DNA from: Adineta vaga
Taxonomy: Eukaryota > Animalia > Rotifera
Direction of reading: 5' to 3'
Assembly: GCA_021613535.1 (NCBI GenBank)
Contig: CP075494.1
Span: 13,206,001-13,270,000 of the forward strand
Length of the DNA: 64,000 nucleotides
In this document: positions 26,457 to 40,256 of the stretch, in pieces
Layout of the letters: every line of letters begins with the position of its first letter
Position numbering within the stretch: the stretch's first letter is position 1
Notes under the pieces: generated by a model
The model's database searches: none
Told to the model about the DNA's origin: nothing
The model's input: the letters and a program-made list of their open reading frames with translations, nothing else
Translations under genes and position numbers: made by a program

Positions 26457-29400
26457 TTAATCATCAGTTTTATTTGCCATCATTTGTTCCCATTTATGAG
26501 ACATATCTAATTTTTTTATTGGACGAATTAATGGTGCTTGAGCTTTCTAAATAAGTTACATCAAAAACTATGTTTTGTTAATAATATCAATTTACTTCAT
26601 TTTCTGTTCGTTTTAATCGTTGAATTTTATCGAAATAACGTTCCTGATCATCATCATGTTCTTCTTGAGAAACATTACCTGAATCACCATTCATTGTTGT
26701 ATTTGTTGATGATATACTCACACTAACTGAATTACGTTGTTTTCTGAAGGAACACACAAATCAAATCATTCATTCGTAATTCAAAAGATTTACCTGAATT
26801 CTTGTTCTCGTTCTTGACATTGCCGTTTTTCTAATTTCAATCGATCACTTGTTGATAATTTTGAATAATCAGCTATTTTATTAGCTGAACTAACAGCATG
26901 AGCAGTTGAATTTGGACTTGGAAATTTATTGCGTACAGCTGATAGTGCTTTAAATTGAAACATTTAATATTTTTTTCTTATGAAAAGAGACAAGATGATT
27001 ACTTACATAAATTATTCGTATTTTGGTTTATTTTTGGTTTGGAATAACCATTCATTGTGGGTGTTATTGGTCCATGAGAACGTGATATTTGTTGATTTTC
27101 ACTATCACGTCGTATTTTACTTGTTGAAATTGTTTGAATTGATTGACTTTTTGGTAATGTTGAAACATGTTCTTGATATTTTCGTGGATCTGCATGTTCA
27201 TCACTTGTATGTTGAATACGACCTAATTGTCGTAATTCTTGTTCTTTTGCACGTATGGCTTCGATTTCACGTTGAATGATATTATTTGTATTTTGTGAAG
27301 TAAGAATATTTTGATTTGAAATAGAACGAGAAAGTAAACCATTCGTTGAACTTGTACGAAATATGGGCATACCGTTTTCATTGAAACGATTTAATTCTTG
27401 AGAAACAACATTTGTTACTTGTTTGTAATCTTCTTGGGGTTCAAAAACATGATTTTGAGTAGAGATTATTGAACGACGTGGTGAAGATAATGTTGCTTGT
27501 GAATCCATGTATGAAGTATTTGATTTGGATGTAAAAAAATCTAAGTTGGACATGAAGGAACTACTTCGAACAGGTTGAGTTGTTGACGATGATAGAGATT
27601 CTGATTTAATAGAATCATTAATTGATTGTGACATTATAATCGATCCATCTTCTGGAAAACCACATTTTTTACGTTGACGTTTTAATTCTTCTTCTTTTTC
27701 TTTCGTTTCACGTATTTCTCGAGCAATTAATGATTCAGAATAGTAAATATTTGTTGGTGAATTAGGAGAATTTATAGATGAATCAACTGTTGGATAAACT
27801 ATTTGATCAATTGTACCACGACGACTAATATTGCTATGATTATTCTCCGACTAGAAGAAAAAGTAAAATAATTGTTCATTTTTTGAATAGGATCGATTTT
27901 ATGTCTATGAAAACAGTCTGAAAAGTATGTTGTTAAAGTCAATTATAGGAATGACAATCTAAAAGAATAATTTCCGCAACTGATATATAATCTAGTAATG
28001 TCTAGTCGTTCTTTTAACAGTGAGTTCATCGCATGTTCATTTTTTTTCTATAGAGAGATATAAAAACAAATCCCTCCAGACAAACGGAAACTCGTCATAT
28101 TTTACTGTATAAGTCAGTAGCTAATTCATCATCTTATATTAAAATAATAGATAGAAAAATAACAAATCAATATTCTACCTGTTTTTCTTCGATGACTACA
28201 TCTTTAGTTCCAACAATATGATCTGTATATTTATTCATTGTTGAGTTTTCTTGCTGTGATTGTCGTCTATTATTATTATTAGTAGTAGTAGTAGTAGGTT
28301 GATTCGATTGATAAGTTGGTAGATTTCTTTTTAAACTTCCATAACTAATTGGTACTTTTTTATGATGATGTTTTACTTCAGGTGTATGTAATAAATGTTC
28401 GTTGGATTGAGATAAAGATTTGTTTGTATCAGATATTTTTTGTTCAAATAAAGCTTTTATATTTGCTGTTTTGATTTTAATTGAACCACGATCATCTAAT
28501 CTTTCGTTATAACGTGCATCAATATGTTTTTTTGTTTGAGATTCATCGAAATAATTGGATTGTGCAGGATGATAAGATTCGCGTTCACTGTTTACAGATG
28601 GAAGATCTGATGACGCAGCAGTAGCAGTAGATCCTTCCGATCGTTTAGCTTTGGACTTTGATGTATTAGTTGTTTTTTTCTCAACTTGAGGTTGAGCTAA
28701 ATGAACTGATGATGAAAGTAGAGAAGCAAATTCGTTGATACGATCTTTATGAATTGGTCTCGGAACAGGAGCCGATTCAGGTTTCAATGTTGGATAAGCT
28801 GATTTTGATGTTTCGATTTCCGTTTCGTTATTTGGTGGAGATTTTTTTACACTTTGAAGTAGTTCTGTAAGTAGAGTATTTTTATTTGAACGAGCTTGAT
28901 GTTCAATGGAAGATGATGATGAGGGTGATGTATCTAAATATAATGAGTAGAAATATTCAGATTTGATTCTTGACTCAAAGAATCAGAAGCGGTCAAAAAG
29001 AAGAGAAGAAAAAGAAAATGAAACAGAAGTTAGGTGAGAGAAGAAAAAAGAGAAGAATCATCGGTTATTCTTCTCACACCCGTTGTCGACGGGAAGATGA
29101 AAAGAATTTTTCTCTCTTTCGCGTCTTTTATCAAATTGGTCAACTGAATTACATCATCTCTTCCTGTTGAACTGTTGTCTTAAGATTCACTAAACAAAAG
29201 AACAAGAAGAACTCAAAATATGTGCGTGATTAGATGAGATACTATTAAGCTAATACCTCCCTGCAACTTGTCTCTTAATCAGGTCAGAAAGAGTTATAGA
29301 CAAGGAATAGAATAACAAATGAGCTGTAACATTCTCATCGTACATTTACTCAGGAGAAGAAAAAAAATAAGAGATTAAAATAGCAACATCGAACAAGAAA

Positions 29401-32400
29401 AAACTGTACTATAAACAAAAGAATAGATGTACCTTCTCAATTGTGTGAAGAACAGGAAGTATTATGTCACCCTCAATCTAACTCTTTCTTTCTACGTATT
29501 TTGGGCTACTTGTCGGAAGAAGAATGTCAATGTGTAGCCGAGACTATACGATGTACGTATCGAAATGACGATTGGAGTGTTAAATCTTTCATTTAATAGT
29601 TCAGATCAAAATGAAAACTTCTTATTCAAACGATACTATCACATTGAAGCTGATGAGAAAGAGAAAAAGAGCATCGCGTATATTCGATATATATATATAT
29701 ATACATATATACGCATCTCCTTTCAATTCATTTATTCATTCGTTCGTTCGTTTGTTCGTTCTTTGAGTCGATTCTTTTCACCTGTTTTCAATCAATCGAG
29801 ACTTATGTACTTATTTTCTCACTCGAAATCGTTTTATGAGAGATATGACTGACCGATGGTTCAGTCAGCAGAACTAATTGACCTTATCAAACATTCAATG
29901 GACCAAAAAGAGTTGAGGTTATCTATTCACAAATATTTATGTCGATTATCTTATACCTTTATTTGATGATGATTTCAATTTGGATTTCGATTTGGATTGA
30001 ATTGGTGATGATGAACGTGGAACATTTGTTTGTACTTTTTTTCTTTCAGCTGTTTGAATACCGTATGATGAAACGGACGATAATGAATCATCTAATAGAT
30101 TCTTTTGAGTTTTAATAATCGAATTTGTTGAACCAATAGGTGTAGAAAATAGATCAAGAACTTCACCTGAATGGTATGCTGGCGAAGTTGAAGCTACTTT
30201 AGCGGATGAAATATCACGCACAACTGTATATGGTTTGGAAGATGATAATGATGATGATTCATCACGTTCCTGTTCTTGCTCAGAGAGAGAAGGGGTTGAA
30301 TTGGATGATGCAATTGATGATGTACGTGCTTTTGAAGAATCTATTTGAAAATGTCATGTTCAGAAATAAATCTTTTTCAATTATAGTCTTACGATGATTG
30401 ATATTCTGTTTTTCACGACGTTTACTTCTATCATTAGGTATAGATGATGAAGATGAAGACGACGTTGTTGTTATTGATGATGATGATGATGATGATGATT
30501 TATCTTTTGGTACAATTGTTAAAACACCATTTACAATTTCTAAGATACATTCTTGTTCGTCCATTTGAATAATTTCAATATTGGATTCTATACTTTCATT
30601 TAATAAATGTTTAATAGGACTTAATGATGTTGGATAAAATTCATTTGTTTTCTTGTTAGTCTTTGGTGATGATGCATCTTAAAACAGGACAATATGTTAA
30701 AATAAAACAATACAATGTGTATAGAAATGCAAATGCAATGCTAGTCATAGACACGTAAAGAGAGAGAGAGAGAGAGGAAAAGAAAAGAAAATCATTAGTG
30801 GTATATCAATTGTGAAAAAGATCAAATTGACATTATTCAAAATAGTTTGTTTTACTGGGTTCCTGCCATTTGGACAGTGACAGAAAAGGTTTTGAAACAA
30901 TGTATCTTTCGAGAGAACGATTGATGACGAGAAAAAAAACATCAAGTCAACAGGTGTCTTTTGCTAAATAAATGCCGGGAATAGAAAAGTGATCATTCAT
31001 TTTTTTCAATAGGAATACAGGATGATAAAAAACAATCCTCTTCGTTCTTTTTTCCCTTTTTCTTCGTCTTCTATACTTTATAACTTGTTTTTCTTACCAA
31101 ATAACACAGGTATACTAAGATTTGTCATTTATATAAACATGAAAGAACAGAAATTAGATGCGGTGATGATTATTATTTTTTTCTTATATGTCACCATACA
31201 ACAACAAAACATCGTTTATTTTCTTCGTTTTTATTTTTTTTTATACAGAAGCGTTTGTTCGTCAATAGGCCCGAGAAGAAAAAGAAAGATCAGAGAAACT
31301 TTCTATAATTACTATGTCTACCCGAATTGGCGACCCGAAGATTTTTAAATATTACAGTACCTTTATAGGAAGTATTGTTGATGTGTAGTCGCGATGATTC
31401 ATCTGTTTTGATCGATTGATGATTATTATTACAACTAGAAAGAAAATAGATTGATTGAAAATTTCCAGAAAACGGAAAAAGAAAACATCTGATTATTTTT
31501 AATTAAATCTCAGAGCATACCTATTGTGTAAGAGCATTGTTGTATCAACACGTGTTTGATTGTGTGATGTAGTAGATGTAACTGTTTTTGTCGATGTCGA
31601 TGAATTTAAACTTGCATTTTGACAAGCATCTGTTTCATCAACTAAAACGATAGTAACTCGTTGAACTCAAATTTTTTTTTCTTCTTCTTCTTCTTCTTCT
31701 TTTCGTGTCGTATGTTTTATACTCTTAAAAATTGAATCAAATATACGTATATATGTACAGAGAACAAGAGTATATATTAATGTATGTCCCGTTATCGTGC
31801 GATGACCGTGTTATTGTGTTCATTTTCAAGATTTAAACTCATTCAACTGAAAATGCATTGTTCTTTAATTTCAATTTACTCACGTTGATTATTTGATAAA
31901 AATGGTTGAATAAGATTCTTTTTTAAACGACGTTGTTGAAGATAACTCGTTGGTTTAGTATTATCATTCGATAATTGAGTTGGTGAACTAGGTGAACGTA
32001 TCCATGTTTTACGTCGTTTACAACGAACTCGTGTGATGGATATTGCTTCTTGACGTAATGTTGAACTTGTATTATTTAAATCATCACTTGCACAGCTGTT
32101 ACGAGCTGCATCCGACGAGTACCTTTATAGACAAAACAACTTATCAGTAAAGAGTGACTGATACTTGATAATAAATCGATATCAAAGAGAACTATTGACA
32201 TTTCATTGAAGTAGATTCAATCTATATAGTATGTCGATAAAAGGAAAGAAATTGAAAAAATAAACAAGGAAATCATTAGATTTCAACGAAAGAAATAATC
32301 ATTTGATTCTCATTAGAATAAGTTATGCAAATCAAATAGGTTAATATCACACGTTCTTATCAACATAAATCTTTCATATTATTGAATCAATGATGACATA

Positions 32401-34978
32401 GAGCAAAAAAGAAAAAAAACTTTTCACTTTACTGTTAACTAAATGATTGATATGTAAAATTATGAAAAGTAAATGTCAATTGCACATATATACACTCTTA
32501 AAGAAAAGAATTGTAAAATGACCTGACTCGTCTTATTTTAATACAGTATATGTCTTCTCGAATTACATCTTACTTCATTTTAACAAGAGAAACAAAACCT
32601 TGGCATGAATGTCCATGAAGAATTACAAATAAATACGACAAATGAATGTAGTTATTTTCTCACTAATATACTGTTTTATTGTGCGAAGGTTAAATCATAG
32701 ACAAAGCTTTTTTTCTTTTTATTTTGTTTCAATTCTAAACGATCCATTTTGACAAAGAATTACCGAGAGAAAGATTATGTTTTACTTACATGCAAATAGT
32801 CATGATGTTTTTTTTTCTAAGGTATATGTTGAATAAAACTGACTCGATTGGACTTTCTTTCTTTCGTTCGATTGAGCGTATATTTCGCCTACTTCAATCA
32901 ACTATTGACAGTGTGCCGAGGAAGAAGTAATTTCACTCTTTGTGTGTTGCATCACAATATCAACTAGGACTGTGCTACCGTTGGCTATTATTAAAACGAA
33001 GAGGCTCTTTTTGTGGGTTGCTTTGTTAATGTATGTATGTATGTATGTGTACACATACGAAAACAAAATAGAGGACAACGAAATAAAGATGTACTGCCGT
33101 TTACATAAGCAATGTAGAGAGATACTAAGTATGTTGTAAAAGGAAGAAGTAAAAACATGTATTTTTAATCCGCATAAACGGATGTATGTTAAAAAGAGTG
33201 TGATGAAAATAGGAAGTGATCTTCTTTTCGTGATAGGAAATCGAATTGGATTTTATTTACTATATGCATAGATATCTCGTTTTCAAGATGTAATCAAAGG
33301 TTTAAAATGTTCGATTCTTATTTACTTAAATATAGTGATTGACTCTCTCTCTCTCTCGTGCGCAAGCTTCTGTATGAAAGAAAAACGAATCACCTTGATC
33401 TTCAGAGTTGTCATCACTTATTTGAGTCAAATAAGTCCTTTTTTTTATCATAATGAGAAGCCTAGTTTAGTATTAAATTGTTCCAAGGACAATGATTGAA
33501 AGGTTTCATGAAAACATACCTTAAATCGTCGGAATAATTTGATTCATCGGTATAATGTCCATCATCATTATCATCACCATCACCATCATTGTCATGTTGT
33601 GTCATTATTTCAATACAATTATTCATTTTGATCGAGTGAACAATTACTTGTTGATCTACTCTATTCTGATCATTAATGTTATCATTTGTTCGTTGTTTCT
33701 CTTGTTGATTTTGTTGTTCATCGGTAAAATTTCTTCGACAATGATCATGTTGAATAGACGATGTCATCAATTTATTTAACGAGACATTGTCTACATTTGA
33801 CCTTATCTTATTGTCCTGTTCAACATGCTGATTGTCATAATCGGATAAACAATCTTTTTCTTTAACTATTGTATATTTTGTTGCGTGAACAACACCGGAA
33901 AAATCAGGTTCAGGTGGTGTTAAACTAAGCCGTATACGGATAATCTGATCATCATTATTAATTACAGGATTTTCATTTCTTCAAAAAGAAAAAAAAGAAG
34001 AAAATCAGATTTAACGAATAAATCATAGATCATTTGAGATGAAACTTACTGTGGATCAGATGTCATAACAATATCATATGAATCACCATATTCTTTTACA
34101 GCTGGAATTATCGGTTCGGAATTATCATCGGTATCTGATTGAAAAACAGTTGTATCAGAACAAACACTAGCATCATGTTGTTGATTTGTTAATCGAATTG
34201 GTATATTTGACGTAATGGTTGTCAAAGACAGACCATCATCTAATCGCGTTGTTTCTTCTGGATAAAAATATGTATTTTCAAAATCAACACTATTCGTTTC
34301 TTGTTGTTCAGTTGGTTGTTCTTCTGAAAAACTTGTTGTTGCTGTTATAGCCATCGTTAAATGATTTGACAATGAACATGTTCGTACACGTTTTGATAAT
34401 GATGAACAATAACGATTAAATCGTTTCTGTTCATTTGATGCAAAGATATTTCCACTAGAAAGACTTCGACGTTTACCAATTGATTGTTCATGAATTGATG
34501 CATTCATCATTGTACGTGATAGTGCACTACCGTAAGATTCACCTTTAATAAATGTTTGTTGTAATGTATTAGCAATAACAGATTGTAATGTTTCAGCTGA
34601 CGAAGGATTAGAAAGAACTAAGAAAAAGAAGACAATTGATAAACTTGTGAATGAATTGAAAATTTTACCTTTCTCTTGTGTTTTATTTTCATTATCGTCA
34701 ATATGATTTTTATTTTCAAAATAATCAATACGTTCTTGCACATCATATAATGAATGTGTTCGTATAATTGGTTGTGAATCGATTAATAATTTCATGGAAT
34801 TATCTTCATAAATTGTCGATGGTTTTTTCTGAAAATTTAAACGATTTTTAATTTCATGTAGATGATTTGTTGTGGATGGATGACAACGAGTTGAATAACA
34901 AAATGATGATGTTGATGATGAACTTGGTAATATATAATATTTTTCTGTCATCATCATCGGAATAGTAATCGTATTCAA
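26457..34978 (-). CDS. Large low-complexity multi-exon protein with an AKAP2/MISP-like C-terminal region; exact exon structure uncertain
   Basis: Minus-strand exons near 34046-34978, 33520-33980, 29956-30680, 28178-28935, 27007-27850 and 26457-26970. Repeated motifs LIAREIRETKEKEEELKRQR and IQREIEAIRAKEQELRQ. Terminal KWEQ. Confidence 0.5.
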
Positions 34979-35940
34979 TTATAATAGAAAGAAATGAAGA
35001 AGAAGAGAGAAGAGTGTTAAATTATTGGGTTGAGATATCTATCTTGATGTATATACTATATGGTCACCTCCTCTTTTCGGGTTATTACAAATTGAAATGT
35101 ATGAATGAGTAGATACACGAGTTTCACACTAACGTTCTTTTGAATCGTTATTGAACGTGAATAAAATCTAAATGGTGATGTAAAACACGGAACAATAGGA
35201 CGTCGATGGGTGTGTATGTGTGTGAAAATCAATCAATTATCTATTTGAGCAATTGAGCGAGAACGAATAGAAAAAAATGAAGAAGAAGAAGAAGAAATGA
35301 GAATGTATATACATATAATGAACATGAGGTGAATGAAGCTTAGAAAAGATCAACAGACTGTTTTTGTCTTCGAAGTAACTGAATAGGAAATTTTGAAAAA
35401 AAAAGAAAGAAAGATGTTATGTTGATCCGATGTGTAAACAAAGTTATATCTCTCAATTAGTTCAGCGACAAGATGTTATTAGAAAAACTAATCTCTCAAG
35501 GTTAGGGCGTTATGTGACATCGATTAAGATGGGTGGATCAAATAGAAGAAAGGAAGAACAAGGCGAAGATAGTAATTTGGTTTTGACACTTAATCTTCTA
35601 TGAAATAACAATGAATTTCTTCATCCCTTCCTTCTTTTTTTCTCTACGCTAGTTAAGATTGAATATAAATGCTTTATTTTTCATTCTGATCAGACAATCG
35701 TTCGTTCGTTCATATCAAATCATCGAGCATTAAATCAATGCGTTTTTTTCGCTATTGTACTAGAGATAAATCTAATAAAGAATAGTATATTTGAAGTGGA
35801 ATGTAAACAATGTTGTTCTATTCAACGACTTTACCAGATGAAATCTGTTGTCGATTGATAAGAAATAGTTTACGATAAAAAAAAAACGAAGTATTTCTAC
35901 AGAAAGAATCAGAATAGTTTAGCAGAAGGAAAAAGAAATT

Positions 35941-36432
35941 ATGGAAACAATACGTGTTACATTAATTTTTTTACATACGATTATCATCATTTTTGCAACA
36001 GTACAATTATATTCACATTTAAATCATATACCCGATGAAAACAATCGAAACAAACATATCTCGGGAATTGTTCGTTTTATTAGTGAATTTTTATGTATTG
36101 TGTTGTATCATACAAGTAGTATGATTATTATTTGGCGTAATTCTCGTTCTGGTTCAGGTATCGTACGAGCAAGTGGAATATTATTGATTGGAGAATTAAT
36201 ACAAGTTATGTCTTCAATTATTCAACTGATATTAGATCCAAATTTTACAATGAATAATGAATTACTTTCGATAATTGTATATGATTTCGTATTAGTTGCT
36301 GCAGTTATATTAACATTTCGAATGGGTGATCAACTTTCGAAACGTCGAGTAGATTTTACGCAAATTGAATTACTCTCGGATACGAATAATAGCAGAGCAA
36401 TGAACAATAGTGTTGAACCCACATTTCTTTAA
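35941..36432 (+). CDS. Small four-transmembrane protein of unknown function (intronless)
   Basis: 163-aa ORF with four hydrophobic segments and a polar C-terminal tail. Confidence 0.6.
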   Translation: METIRVTLIFLHTIIIIFATVQLYSHLNHIPDENNRNKHISGIVRFISEFLCIVLYHTSSMIIIWRNSRSGSGIVRASGILLIGELIQVMSSIIQLILDPNFTMNNELLSIIVYDFVLVAAVILTFRMGDQLSKRRVDFTQIELLSDTNNSRAMNNSVEPTFL

Positions 36433-36735
36433 ATTTTTTATAGATATTTTTCAAATAAAATTCGAGTAGAGTCATATCTATGTTCTATCAATAATACAAC
36501 TTTCAATAAGAGTATTCACACATATTTTATGAGTTTAAGCAGATGTATACTTTTAATTTAACAGTCAAATCATGAACAAATGGATATAAATGTGTCCATA
36601 GAATCAATAATTTTCAGTTGATCAAATGTGATATTTAACCTTTGAACAAGGTAGATTAATTTTTCATGTGATATATTTAACTAAATCAAATGGTAAGAAT
36701 GATTTTAAAAAAATAATATAGAAAAATCTTGGATT

Positions 36736-39134
36736 TTATTTTGATTTAGAAGTAAGATGTTCATTTTCTCGAATTACCTAAAATAAATTCATGAAAAAAA
36801 AGAAGTGTTTCAATCGAAAATAATTCCAACTAACCTCTTGAAAATCTTTTAAAACTTTCGCATATTGTCTAGCTTTTTCAACTAATTGTGTAAATTGTAT
36901 ATTCAATGTATCACGTTTCGATTTTTCTTCTTGTTGTCGTCGTTCAATTTTCAATCGACTTTGTTTGACACTTTCAGCAATACCTTCTAATTGTTTCAAA
37001 AAATATTCTTTTCCACTTGCCGATAAAATCGCTCTAGAAAGAAAATTCAATATTTCAAAATCATATCAAGATATTTTTATTTACTGTGGATAACCTTCAT
37101 TAACTGATTCAATTAACATAATTTCTTTTGTCATATAATCAATCATATCAGTAAATGTATTATATAATGTATAATTTTGTTTCGTTTGTCGATATAAAAC
37201 AGCACTTTGATTATATAATTGAAAGAATGCTTGTCGATATTGAGCTAATTCACTTGATGATGGAATATCATCGATACGACGACTAAGTGCCGAGATTTCA
37301 CGTATTTTCTTTGCCTATAGAGAAAAATCTTTCATAATAGTCCGATTTTTTATATGATTAGAAAATATTACCATAACAAGACGTTGTTTTTGTATACGAT
37401 CAGAAACTAATTGATATTGTTCTTCAATTTGTTTCATTTTTTCATTTTCTGCACTGTCTGCATTCGGTGAGGATTGTAAACGAGCTTCTAATTTGGCAAT
37501 TTCTTCTTCAAGTTGATTTCTTTCATTTTTAAGTACAGTACGTCGTTCGCTTTCCTCTTTTTTCGCCTGTTCATAAGCTGCAACCAATGCTTCAGCTCGT
37601 TCCATTGCTCTAGAAATGATTAGTTTTAGAAATAAGGAAGAAAAATTCGATTGCTTTTATACTCAGGATCGATATTTTGTGTTTGCAATTCAATTTCTTC
37701 TAATTCACTTTTTAATTCTTCATATTGTTGTTTAATCTTAATAAAAAATAAAATGAAACACAATTCAATTAACAATGAACGTAAGTAAATATTTACTGCT
37801 AATGCTGCATTTTTTGTTTGTTCTTTTTTATTTTGTGCTTGTTCAATATTAGTTTCTAATGTCTGCATTCTCTCATTTTGTTTATTCAATTGAACTTTAA
37901 ATGTACGAATGGCTAATTGTTGTTGACCACTTTCAGATGAAAGGGCTTCTTCAAGACGAGCTTTTTCCTTTTGAAAGATCGAAAACAGACATATGTATAT
38001 CAAGATTTATCGTTTCGTTTTTTACTTTTTCTTCAAAATCTTCAATAATTCCACGTAATGTATCTTGTTGTTGATTTACTAAAGAATTAACGATTTGTGT
38101 CGTAATTTTTGACTAGAATCGAGCAATAAATTATAATAATTACACAAAAGATAAATAAGATTTTACTTTTCCATCAGCCATATTTTGAATTAATGCATCC
38201 ACATCTTGTTGTGATTTTTCATTTCCACTCGTTGGATCGAGCAGTTGATGCATTTGACCAAATTCGACTAGAGTAGAATGAATTCGTTTTCGACGTTCAT
38301 CAGAATTCATCAGTCGTTTCTTTTTCTTATCCAAACAACGAAAACGACGTTTTGGTTGATGACGAATCTAAATACAATGTTTTTCTGCAAAGATTTATTC
38401 ATTCTTTCGAAACGAATCTTACTCGAATATCTTCAACATTTTCTTTCAATGGTGATGATTTTATCTAGAAGAATTCAGTTAGTTTTTGTTTTTTTTCTAT
38501 AATATTCATTTCTTCGAAATGTTTCTACTTCTTCGATTGATTCACCAAATTGTTTATCATATTGATTTAAAGTATATGCACGATTGAAATCACCCATTTC
38601 AGCACGTCGTTCAAATACTTTTTTCACAAGCCATTGAACAACAGGAAATATATGTATAAAATCACCACCTTGAATTTGATGAGGCTCGATTGTATGTGGA
38701 TATTTCATACGCGACAATACAAGAACAATACGTTCTGTCAATTCTCTAATTAAACAAGACAAATATTCAATCGAAAAGTAATCGTAATTCTATACATTTT
38801 TTGACCGAGGATAGCATTTTCTTGATAGAGTATATCTATATCAACAGCAAAATTACATGCTTGAATGCTCCAAGCAAGACCTCCGACCACCTGTGAATGA
38901 ATCATTAAGAACAATAGAGGAGCCTAACGAAAGCAATTACTTTATCAAAGTCGGATAAACCTTTGATGCGCACTCGAAAATATCCAGCAGCTAATAACAA
39001 TTCCATTGTCTCGTCGCATTTTGTTTTTTGTTCAGGGTCTTCACGTACATCGAACTAATAAGAAGAATAAATATTTGAAAATGAAAATGTCCTTTAACCA
39101 TTCAATAAAACACCACCTTTCCTAACATTGCCAT
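36736..39134 (-). CDS. CCDC93: Coiled-coil domain-containing protein 93 (CCC/Commander complex), multi-exon
   Basis: DVREDPEQ...[69 protein letters not shown]. Confidence 0.94.
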
Positions 39135-39695
39135 TTTAACGAAAAGTGCACAATGATCGTTTCGAAGCTCTTCTTCTTCTTTTTTTTTTTGTTTTATTCT
39201 TGTAGGTTAAACGATGGTTGAAGAAAGAATTCTTATCATTTGAATAAAGAACAATAATATTATCTTTCACAATTTATCTCTTTTCTTTCTTTCTAACTGA
39301 GTGCAATCAATCCTTTTTCTTTTTTGCTTTAGAGATAGTAGTGACATTGTTCTGTTGTTTGGATCCGAGTTCATAAGCAATTAATTAGTTATACATACAA
39401 AATAAAGAATACATCTATTATTTGACCTTATACGTCTTGATGAATGTAAACTGTGTTTATTCATTATAACACGATCGTCTCGCCATCCATCGCTATGTAT
39501 GCGTCTGGTGCCCTCCTCTTTCTCACTTAAGGTATACTCTCACCCTTTATGTCTGTACAATATAAAAAGAGAACGAAGAACACTCCATGTCCAGACATAT
39601 AATGGACGGTCCGTGTGTCGTGATCTTGAGTCAGTCACAAAATGTGCTCGTTATTATGACTAATATATGATCAATTAAAATTATTCATTCGTTCA

Positions 39696-40256
39696 ATGTT
39701 CTCCACATCGGTTGCGATCAACAACCACCTTCACTATGATACTTCATCGTCGTCGTCGTCGTCGTCGTCGTCATCATCCTCCTCTTCATCATTATCATCA
39801 TCACCGTCCTCATGTTCTAGTTTCAATATTTCTGAAGAAGAATTGATTTTATTCAACGATAAATCTAGTTCACAACTAGCTGAATTACCAATAAATTATT
39901 CTATCACACAATTAAACAAGAATTTAGCTACAAAACGATCATCTATTAAAACACATATGTTTGATCACGTATTAGAATCCAAATTAACACAATTAACTCA
40001 TGAAAATGAAATTTTACGAGCAAAAATCGATATGTTAACAAGAAAATTTGGTCAATTGAATAGTCAAGAAGATGAACAATTATTACAAAATGAATTAAAA
40101 TCAGTCGAACAGCCAACTGTTTCAAGTATTCCCGATCAATCATCAAAACAGATACATCACACTGATAACAATTCAACAGTAATGCTCAAAGAACATTTAT
40201 CTTCAATGCCAGTTAAATGGCGTTTTAAAGCGTCCAGCGTAACAGCCGATTTTTAA
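39696..40256 (+). CDS. vrille/NFIL3(E4BP4)-like bZIP protein with a degenerate basic region (intronless)
   Basis: DHVLESKLTQLTHENEILRAKIDMLTRKFG aligns by eye to the NFIL3 zipper [30 protein letters not shown]. C-terminal MPVKWRFKA resembles the LPHKLRxK repression motif. Confidence 0.7.
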   Translation: MFSTSVAINNHLHYDTSSSSSSSSSSSSSSSSLSSSPSSCSSFNISEEELILFNDKSSSQLAELPINYSITQLNKNLATKRSSIKTHMFDHVLESKLTQLTHENEILRAKIDMLTRKFGQLNSQEDEQLLQNELKSVEQPTVSSIPDQSSKQIHHTDNNSTVMLKEHLSSMPVKWRFKASSVTADF

